From NCBI RefSeq assembly GCF_006345805.1, contig NC_043009.1, positions 30,442,001-30,506,000 on the forward strand: a DNA stretch of 64,000 bases. Direction: 5' to 3'. Positions within the stretch are counted from its first letter, which is position 1; each line of letters opens with the position of its first letter. Made by a program: the position numbers and the translations under genes. This stretch comes from Octopus sinensis. Its lineage: Eukaryota. The notes under the pieces were generated by a model. The model searched no databases and was not told the DNA's origin. It worked only from the letters and a program-made list of their open reading frames with translations. Below are positions 53,904 through 64,000 of this stretch, piece by piece.

Positions 53904-54108
53904 GGCGGCGAGCTGGCAGAAATGTTAGTACGCCGGGCGAAATGCGTAGCCGTATTTCGTCTGTCGTTACGTTCTGAGTTCAAATTCCGCCGAGGTCAAC
54001 TTTGCCTTTCATCCTTTCGGGGTCGATAAATTAAGTGCCAGTTATAATCGACTTAATCCATTTGTTTTTCCTCTCTGTGTTTACCCCCTTGTGGGTAGTA
54101 AAGAAATA
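53904..54108 (+). mobile_element. SINE family A with perfect 16-bp TSD
   Basis: ggtagtgggggacata at 53888-53903 and 54109-54124. Confidence 0.93.
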
Positions 54109-54148
54109 GGTAGTGGGGGACATACAAAGACACGAGCACACATACACA

Positions 54149-54236
<88 letters not shown>

Positions 54237-54327
54237 ATAATAATAAATATTAGGGAATGAATCCAAAATTACAGGGAAAAATCAGATTTAGGGTTAAATC
54301 CAATTTTATAGTAAAATATTATATAAT

Positions 54328-54493
54328 ATAATTCGAGACAAAACCACTATTTTAAAACCAAACAAGGAAAGACTTAATCAATACATAAAATTTTAATATA
54401 AATTAAATAAATAAATTATAATTTATATTAAAATTTTATGTATTGATTAAGTCTTTCCTTGTTTGGTTTTAAAATAGTGGTTTTGTCTCGAAT

Positions 54494-54496
<3 letters not shown>
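54328..54496. repeat. Perfect 78-bp inverted repeat, 13-nt spacer
   Basis: 54328-54405 is the exact reverse complement of 54419-54496. Confidence 0.95.
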
Positions 54497-54551
<55 letters not shown>

Positions 54552-54552
54552 C

Positions 54553-54632
54553 GGCGGGCTTGTTTCAGTTTCCACTGACAGAGCTTTGGTTGATGCAAGG
54601 CTAGAGTAAAAGACACTTGCCCAAGGTGCCAG
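54553..54632 (-). mobile_element. SINE family B fragment
   Basis: cggcgggcttgtttcagtttcc...aagacacttgcccaaggtgcca. Confidence 0.7.
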
Positions 54633-55469
54633 GGAAGTTTTACTAAGTTCATTGCACTAATACGCGTTACAACTTTCGCTCGTTTACATAAAAATGTATA
54701 TAATTTTGGGAGCTTTAGTATTGATCAAGAACGAAGCACCTTTGGACAAACAACTTCTCAAAAATTGGTGAATTAAATTAAACAGCTAATTAAAATAGTA
54801 ATATTTCTAGAATTAGAACTCTTACAGATGTCCTTATTTCAAACGGATAAAAAGAAGCAGAAGGAAAACAGAAATAAGAGCTTTGATCATGCCAAGCACG
54901 TTTCGTTTGAGTGGGAAGAAAATTACATAAAAATGCTATATTTGCTCATTTACTTTCATTGAATCCATCTGTCAGTAAATCTCTTTTAATTAGTATGATT
55001 AGTGAGCCTCTATGTGGTAGTTTGTTCTGCTGGAAATAGTTGGCAAATTCACTCAGATTACACAGTAGGATTTGTTAAAGGGAGCATATGTGTTACAATA
55101 AAATCTTAGATGTACCAAGAGATGAGATAATCATTGCTGGTGGTGTTGTAGTCATAGATATGGTCAATCTGGACTCATCTCTAGGCTAAGCATCATCATC
55201 ATCATCATCGTCACCTCAACCGATTAGATATTTTCTTAGTTTTTTTTTTTTGTTAGAAGCATGATTCGGTTCGGTAAGATACTCCTCTACATGCTAGGCT
55301 CAGGTGTGACGGTGTAGTTAGGGCCTTCATTTTGTATCACAGAAAGCTTTAGCTTTAAACTGGAATCAACATTGATTCTTTATTTATAAGATACTCTTCC
55401 TTCAGTGCCAAAGCATATAACAATGCTACAATGGTTCCAACCACCAGAAAAATCTACACTGTCTTCTTT

Positions 55470-55700
55470 ATCTTTTACTTGTTTCATTCATTTGACTGAG
55501 GCACCGCCTTGAATTTTTAGTCGAATGAATTGACCCCAACGACTTATTTTCAATCCTGGTGCTTATTCTGTCGGTCTCTGTTCCGGGGATTCTTTCAGTT
55601 TCTGTCTACCAAATCCACTCACAAGTCTTCAATCGACCAGAGACAGCTGTCCATGGTGCCACGCGATGAGACTCGACCCGGAAATAAGTTTACTTCTTAC
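55470..55700 (-). mobile_element. SINE family B, degenerate
   Basis: gtttcattcatttgactg...ttctttcagtttctgtctaccaaatccactcacaag...ggtgccacgc. Confidence 0.65.
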
Positions 55701-56777
55701 CGGATGGACATGTATCTGTGTATATGTGTTCATAAAATAGACGATTAAATATTATCACTATAGAATATATAGGAACATTCAATACATAAGTTTAAATAAA
55801 AATAAAACGTTCATTTATATTTGAAACGTATTTGAAAAGCAAATGTATCAAGCAAAAATGTCATATAATTTGTTGATATTCCATATAAAGTTGCAAGAAA
55901 AACACATACATTAACACAAACAGTACATACACACACGAATATACACATAAATACACTCACAAATGCAAGTATATATCCACTATCACTCTTGCTTATCGTT
56001 TTGATAGTCTCATTAAAAAGGAAGTGAAAATAGTATCAGAGACTGAACCATATGTTGCACTAACAGTATAGGCGCTAACAAGATTCTGTATTCAGTAAAA
56101 GTTTTATCCAACAGCAGCGGACAGAAATTCAACTTAAGAACTGCTGCATGAAGGAATATTGACCAACAGCTTCTCAAATAGTTGCGATAGTGGTTCTGGA
56201 ATAACTGACTAATTCTGTTTAGTCAGTTCAAACTTCAACATCAGATTCCCTGGATAGCTTCACTTCTATGTAAACGTTGCCAACAATGCTTTTATGATCG
56301 TAATGTAATGTAAATTAATTCAGTGGCATTAAAGAGCGTTTAAGTGCATGTGCTTTGCCGAAGATTCATGATGCTAAGTAGATAAGAGAGAAAGAGAAAC
56401 ATGTACGTCCCTGGATAGATAAGACAATTATCAGATGATATGATGCTTGTGTGTGTCATGTAGGAGAACTGAAGTATGCAGAATGAAATTTATTCTTCAA
56501 ATACACATCAACCGTTTGTAGCGCATTAGCTGTGAGCAGTGAATATGATCAGCATGTGCACGACTATTTCACTTTCGAATGGTTTGAATAGTTGAATCAG
56601 TTGAACATATGGCAAATGTTCAGTCTACATCGGTAAAGGCATTTCCTTTCAGCTGACAACAGTAAGATTTTGTGAGGAGAGATTTGCTTCAGGGACGACT
56701 ATTGTGCTTCTATTAGAACCAAAACTTCCCCAGGTCTGCGCCCCCGGCTAAAAACACAATAGTACTGGGGTCGATTC

Positions 56778-56914
56778 CTTATTTACATTAATTACATTTG
56801 ACGGATATTAGTCCTCATCTTGTTTGTTGTTAACACAACGTATCGGCTGATATACCCTCCAGCCTTCATCAGGTGCCTAGGGGAAATTTCGAACCTTGGT
56901 TCTCATTCCTAATG
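56778..56914 (-). mobile_element. HHR-bearing repeat H1, inverted truncated arm
   Basis: Minus strand ggcac CTGATGA aggctggagggtatatcagcc GATA CGTT gtgtt (56832-56877). Confidence 0.88.
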
Positions 56915-56958
<44 letters not shown>

Positions 56959-57008
56959 TAATAATGATAATAATAATAATAACAACAACAACAATAATAA
57001 TAATAATA

Positions 57009-57055
<47 letters not shown>

Positions 57056-57079
57056 TTAATAATAATAATAATAATAACA

Positions 57080-57235
57080 ACAACATCGAACCGAGGTTCG
57101 AAATTTCCCCAAGGCACCTGATGAAGGCTGAAGAGTATATCAGCCGAAACGTTGCGTTAACAACCAACAAGATGAGGACAATATCTGTCAAATGTAAATA
57201 ACGTACCTAATTCCTCATCTCTTAAATGTAGAACT
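57080..57235 (+). mobile_element. HHR-bearing repeat H1 with complete 3' tail
   Basis: Same repeat as 22393-22575; ends TAGAACT at the same position. Confidence 0.88.
57113..57158 (+). ncRNA. Minimal type I hammerhead ribozyme motif, best-preserved H1 copy
   Basis: GGCAC CTGATGA A GGCTGA agagtata TCAGCC GAAA C G TT GCGTT: intact core, 6-bp helix II, palindromic ACGT helix III, GUU triplet; one A.C mismatch in helix I. Confidence 0.75.
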
Positions 57236-57769
57236 ATACTGGGGGTCGATTCGTTCGACTGAAATACTTCGAGGAGGTGCACCAGCATCACCGCAGTCTA
57301 ATGGATGAGATAAACCCAAAACAGTAAAAGAAAAATGCATATATACATTCAATAACCCATGGCTTTATTAATCAGTTTATTAATTAATAAGTCATTCGTA
57401 TTTATCAATCAACCACTCTCAATCAGTCAATAGATCACTCCATAAATACATTTACCGGGTATCACTCCGTGAATTACCCTGTTTATCTGATGAGTATATC
57501 TCTTTCATTATCTGTATCTATGACTTTTTCCCGATACGTCCGTCTTTCTGACTCCTACTATTAATATGCCTATCTCATGATGGATATGTGATTACCATGG
57601 TGACATCGAATAAGATATATGGGGTCTGGGCCATTTAATAATTCAGTGAATTGATCGATAGCACAGAAGAGAACTACAAATAATATGAACAATCTCTCTC
57701 TATATATATGCATAAGTGTGTGTGTATGTGTGTGTATGTGTCTAATTCATAACATCTACATATAAGCAA

Positions 57770-57976
57770 TACGTCGTGGGTCTTTTTCTGGGTTTAAGGG
57801 CATCGCGAAAGAATAGTTTAAAGGCCCAACGTTCCGAGTTCTTTTTACAGGGCTTAGAAAAAACTGAAGAACCGCTGTCAATCTGAAAGGGAAGTATGTT
57901 GAATAAAATCATAATTAACTGATCCTCCTGTATTTTCTTTTAGCTAAAGCCAATAAATTTTCAGCATTTCCTTGTA
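57770..57976 (+). mobile_element. Mariner-derived MITE copy 3, degenerate
   Basis: ttagaaaaaactgaagaaccgctg...gtatgttgaataaaatcataattaactgatcc...aaagccaataaattttcagcatttccttgTA. Confidence 0.75.
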
Positions 57977-58068
57977 CATATAAATAATGATGGCCGGAAC
58001 TTCGAAGACAGTGTCAGTACCATTTTTATTAAAGAATAATACATGCATTTATGTATGCACGTATGTAA

Positions 58069-58465
58069 GGCGGCGAGCTGGCAGAAACGTTAGCACGCCG
58101 GGCGAAATGCTTAGCGGTATATCGTCTGCCGTTACGTTCTGAGTTCAAATTCCGCCGAGGTCGACTTTGCCTTTCATCCTTTCGGGGTCGATTAAATAAG
58201 TACCAGTTACGCACTGGGGTCGATGTAATCGACTTAATCCGTCTGTCTGTCCTTGCTTGTTTCCTCTGTGTTTAGCCCCTTGTGGGTAGTATAGAAATAG
58301 GTATTTCGTCTGTCTTAACGTTCTGAGTTCAAATACCGCCGAGGTTAAATTTGCCTTTCATCCTTTCGGGGTCGATAAATTAAGTACCAGTTGCGTACTG
58401 GGGCCGATCTAAAGGACTGGGCCCCTCCCTAAAAATTTCTTGCCTTGTGCTTAGAGCAGAATAAT
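58069..58465 (+). mobile_element. SINE family A head-to-tail dimer
   Basis: Full monomer 58069-58304, then a 5'-truncated monomer starting at ggtatttcgtc with a different tail. Confidence 0.92.
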
Positions 58466-59050
58466 ATGTATGTACGTTTGTATGTATATATGTATGTGTG
58501 TGTTTGTGTGTATGTAATCATAATCCTGAATGTGAGTGCTTTCTAAACAATCTTTCTCATTTGTCATTCATTATTTCTAGGAACACGATATTTTATATCC
58601 AAATAGTACTTCCAATGGATTATTCATTCCCTTCTCATCATCTATTCATATAATCTATTTTTTTATCAGTGTTTTAGGGGACCTTTGAAAGTCCAAAACT
58701 GCTGCGGTGTGAGAACGTTTCGTGACAATGTTCAGTGTACACAGCAATTTATAAAGGAAAAGTACTCCGGACATATGATAATGTAATATGGCGTCATTAG
58801 TGCAAGATGTGTGAGGTGGGTTGAAACTGCTAGAGAGAAGGGAAGACAAATATAAAGTAAATTGCGATTAATCAACGTTTACAAATAACAAAATATCAAA
58901 TATCTCGGTAAATTCATTAGGAACAAATAGTTTCTGGTTAATAAATATTCAATAATATATGACCTGAAATTCAGTACAAATTCCACACTCGAGTGTGGAA
59001 TTTAATACATATAATACACACACATTATACATATACATACAAATACATAC

Positions 59051-59105
<55 letters not shown>

Positions 59106-61369
59106 TATACATATACATACAAATATATATATATATATATATATACATATATATATGGCACTAAACATTCAGGAAAAGTGAGAAATAAAATATTTATACC
59201 ATCTGTTAACTGCTGTTTTGCAATTCTATATCCAGATGCGAGTATATGTGTTGATGCACACGTATAGTTCTGCTGCAACATAATGAATACGACAACATAA
59301 TGAATAAGAAAATTTTGAGTATTAAACAATTGACTCTGCTAAATTTACCTTGGTCACCTCATTATGCACCCATATATATATATTATGTATTTGTATGCAT
59401 ACGTGTGTGTGTCTGATAGTATATGCTACCTCAAAATATAGAGATTTTTCACCAAGAATCTATTGATGAATAGAAATAGGTAAATAGCTCGTCTTTATAT
59501 TTTCATCAGCACCAACAAATGCATCACTCATACTTCTTTTAATCCTGCATTGGGGCATCATGGTTAAGTGCATGCCATCTTTAAATCTTCTCGAATACAT
59601 TGCTTATAACGCCACCATTTCTAATTTCGTTTCATATTTAACACAGGCGAGGTGGTTAGTTTGATTAATAAATGATATGTGCATTAGCAGGATTTTTTTT
59701 TTTTTTGCGATTTTGTACTATAGGTTATTGGTATAAATTGTTTTGGTTAAAACTCTCAACGTACATATATCTGAAAACATTGCATTTACGTACATTATCA
59801 TCATGAACATGAGGGTATTGTGTACAATGGGGGAATCTCCTGAGTTGTCTGGCGTAAGACGTGAAAGCGGAGCATTTATGGAGGCTTTAAATAAATAGAT
59901 TGTGGTGCTTCAATGAGCGTTCAATGTCAGTTGCAGAGAGAAAAACAGGTTTCTGGGAGTAATCAGATTCCATGCATAGAATAGAAAACAAGTATGTAAT
60001 ACATACGCCGAGTAATTCGTTACCTAAAGAAGTGCCAAGCGCTCCGAGTAGACGGAGTCTGTAGAAGAGTGAGACCAATGAAGAATTGCTGAAGCCTTAT
60101 CTCAGATTGTTGGAGTATTTTCTCAAACGGTTAAATATTTCCAAGAAGATAATGAAGGACCTTCCAATGCTGTGAAAGTACTGTTTTGAAGAAAAGGCAT
60201 AAAAAATATGCCCACAAGTGTATAGTAGTTTTGGACGTATGGAATTTAGATGTTCGATTCTCAACCATTATATTCATATAAAAAATCCTATCTAAAAACC
60301 TCATTTTGTCATCTCCCACGTGACGAGCGATGGTATTGTATTGTATTTTTCCGTATTCCGTCCTTCATTATCTGACACTCTCGATCACATTATTCATTTT
60401 CCCCTTATCATATCACTATTTAAAAATCCTTCTCACCTCCTGCAATCCTACATCTCTTTCTGTCAAACAGATTCTTCATTTCTCTCACTCCATCAAACCG
60501 CTCGTCTTGTTCAACGTCCTTAGCAATAATCCACATTTAGCTGTCCGCCCCTCCATTTTCTCTTCCAGTATATTCTCCTCTACTAAACCCCTGGCTTCTC
60601 TCACTGAATTACTTCACGTTTTGTCCGTTTTGTCTCGGCCTATTCCGTCTATCACTATACTTCTTCAATTCTTGGCTCATATCACTCGTTTGCTATATCA
60701 GAATATCAATTTTCTTTACACCTACCATCTTGCTCCAATTTCTGTGTTACTTTTCGTCTTTATTCTCTTCTACTACCCTCAGTTACTCAGTTTCCACGAA
60801 AAGGCCAGTAAAAGAAAAGAACGAACGTAAAAGAACTTAGAGAAGGGAGTTCTATTTCCGCCGTGGATGAAATAAAACGTCTGGCGTTGAATAAGGAGTT
60901 TGATAAGATATACTCTTGTGCCAGGGAGAGAATAGCGTTTCTTATGATAATGGATTCGTTGGTTGTATGCACCGCATCCAGTTACAATATGATGCTAAAA
61001 GCAGGAGCTTACCATCAATAGTCACTTCTCGTTAGGTGGTACAACTAAATAAGGTTAAACGTTTTACAAATATTTTAGCATTTCAAAGAGTACTAAACAA
61101 AAAGGTATGTTTGCGATGCAAACTTCTCGAGCATGGGGACTTCCCGGCACCGATATCGATGTGTGAGTGTGTGTTTATATATATATGTATGTATACAAAC
61201 ACACACACACAAATATATATGCATATATATGTATATTTATATGTTTGTGTGTGTGTGCGTATATGCGACGAACGATTTGCTATGTGTTTCTATATTGTTA
61301 TTTTTATTTTCACAGTAATCAACTGAAATACATTCCAACATATTTCCAATTCTGTCTTTTAACAATGTT

Positions 61370-61375
61370 AGATCA

Positions 61376-61463
<88 letters not shown>

Positions 61464-61481
61464 GATAGATAGATAGATAGG

Positions 61482-61516
<35 letters not shown>

Positions 61517-61597
61517 ATAGATATAGATAGATAGATAGATAGATAGATAGATGGATAGATATAGAAAGAAATACATATATGCATATATGTGTGCACA

Positions 61598-61639
<42 letters not shown>

Positions 61640-61760
61640 CATGTATATATATATATTGATACATACACACACATACGTGTGTGTGTATATATATATAGTA
61701 ATACATACACACATATACATGTATGTATGTATATATATATATACACACACACATACATAA
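61370..61760. repeat. (TA)n-(GATA)n-(CA)n compound microsatellite
   Basis: Direct reading. Confidence 0.95.
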
Positions 61761-63509
61761 ATGCATACTTGCATACATAGATATATATCCATAATCTTTA
61801 ATTAGACATTAAGCCAACAATCCTTCCATCTGATCATTCATTATTTCTGTGAAATAATTTCAAATTCTATACCCAAGCAGCACATTCAATGAATTCCTCA
61901 TCCATTCTTCTACTTATTCACAAAAGTTTTTTGGAGATAGTTTTCTAACAAATCATTGTAAATCCAAATCTGCTTCGGTGTTGGAACATTTCGTGGCAAC
62001 GTTCAGTGCTTTACTGCCAATTCGAGAATAATATTCCGTTTTTCCGTACGTATAATAATGATCAGGGTAATATCATTTGATATCATTAATGATTGCTGCA
62101 AGAAGGAGAGGTTGAAACGAAGATGGGAAAGGGGGAAGTAGTTAAAAGATAATGTTTGTATAATTAATGTTTACACAATTACAAAATATCGCTGCAAATA
62201 AATTGAGATAAAAGTAAGAGTTCTGCTTCCTAAATCTGCAAAGATGAATTACGTAAATATCAGAATGTCAATCCTCACCTTTGACTCTTGGCATATGCCG
62301 GAAAGACATATACACACGGAGAAAGAGTTTATATATATGTGTGTGTGTGTGTGTCTGAATGTGTGCGCGCGTGTATGTGTATACAAATATGTGTATATCT
62401 ATCAATGTATCATCACACACACACACACACATATATATATACCTATATATACAAACATATAAACATGTGAAGTGCGCGCATGTGTGTGTATCGATGTATA
62501 ATTTATGCCACGTGCGCAGAACAGTGAGAATCGAAACAAAAACTTATATATTCATCTTCTACACGTCTTTTTGATTCTAGCGTCAATGCATGATCGCTAT
62601 TTTGTTATCTCAAAACATCTCCGTTTGATCTGTGGTTCTCAACCATTTTTTACCCTTTGATTCCTGTTTTTACTCCTGTGGACCTGCATAGCCGTTTAAT
62701 GTTTAGTAATTTTATCATAATTTTAAAATCAAACATCATCAGGAATTCAACCAAAATATTGATAGAATATTTAGTGTGCTGTAGAAGTATGACCAATTTA
62801 TTGTGTAAATATTATATAGTACTCTATTGGTCATATGGCTCCTGGTTGGAAACTATTTTAAATGATGTGCGTTCATAACTAACACGATTCAATAGTATAA
62901 AGTGATTTCGAGACACCAAATTGTTCCAACTATATTGTATGTCTCCTCAAAGCTACCCCTCCTGCTAGATGAATCCATGAAGATTACGCGTACTTTATTG
63001 AATTTACCAAACTTTTTGCTGAAAAGTGATGCCTGCCAAACAGATCATACTTCACAAAGGGCACATAGAACGGCGATGTTCCTAACAATATCGTATCTAT
63101 GAATTTTTCGAAGCTGTTTGTAGATATTAACGTGAATATCTAATCTCTGTTATTTTACGGTATTGGGAATAGATATCTTTGGAAGGGAAATTGTGTTCAC
63201 CATCGACACAAAAAAAAATGCATTATTCAGATATCCTTGTTCGATTCTGCCACGAAGTATTAAGAAAGAATAGACAGGTTATTACACACACGCATATATA
63301 TACATATATACAATATATATATAATAGATATACTGATATGCGTATATAATACATACTATATACTTACTCTAACTGTGCAGTTATGTCTCAAATATTAATT
63401 CCATTCCTTAAATAAATACTATGCTTCCCTTGTTCATAATTTCTAACACACACACACACACACAAATACACAAACGCATGTTTATATACAAACATATATA
63501 CTACACGTA

Positions 63510-63655
63510 TACACAAATATGTTCTTATCCTATTGGTCTCTTTTCGCTCAGATCGGGGCACGTGAACGCACAAACATAGGTTGTCAAGCGTTGGGAGGGG
63601 GACAAGCACAGACACACAAATACATACATGCATATATATATATATATAATATATA

Positions 63656-63719
<64 letters not shown>

Positions 63720-63892
63720 ATATTATATATATATATACATATATATACGACGGGCTTCTTTCAGTTTCCGTCTACTAAATCCAGTCACAAGGCTTTAGTC
63801 GGCTCGAGGCTATAGTAGAAACGCTATGGAACTGAACCGGGAGTAATGTGGTTGGTAAGCAAACTCCTTACCACACAGCTACTCCTGCACCT
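63510..63892 (-). mobile_element. SINE family B with internal (TA)n expansion
   Basis: accacacagctactcctgcac head, cgacgggcttctttcagtttccgtctac body, tail at 63520-63615. Confidence 0.85.
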
Positions 63893-63920
63893 GTGTATGT
63901 ATATATATATATAGATACAC

Positions 63921-63995
<75 letters not shown>

Positions 63996-64000
63996 TGTGA

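Noticed and set aside
56040-56700. Possible decayed hAT C-terminus on the minus strand (SAAV.. motif)
   Set aside because: Only one weak motif and no collinear support

Overview
AT-rich, microsatellite-saturated animal DNA with no host protein-coding exon that I can support. The repeat families look like those of octopus/cephalopod genomes (inference from memory, not a search). Almost all ORFs in the supplied track are translations of (TA)n, (CA)n, (TATG)n, (GATA)n, (TAA)n or (GAT)n tracts. The interpretable content is mobile-element derived: a decayed hAT transposase, three mariner transposase relics, three copies of a mariner-derived MITE, four R4/Dong-type LINE 3' ends embedded in (TAA)n, a Penelope-like element with a GIY-YIG endonuclease, a non-autonomous Helitron-like element, many tRNA-derived SINEs and one degenerate tRNA-Ala(TGC). 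The most interesting signal is two families of minimal hammerhead ribozyme (HHR) motifs. One has a UUGAAAA (U3:A8) core and lies downstream of the Penelope ORF. The other has a CUGAUGA+A core and belongs to a ~170-bp repeat that occurs as inverted pairs with apparent target-site duplications. In one case it is fused behind a tRNA-like Pol III head, which suggests a ribozyme-bearing, Penelope-mobilised non-autonomous retroelement. Several recent fold-back and tandem duplications are also present.
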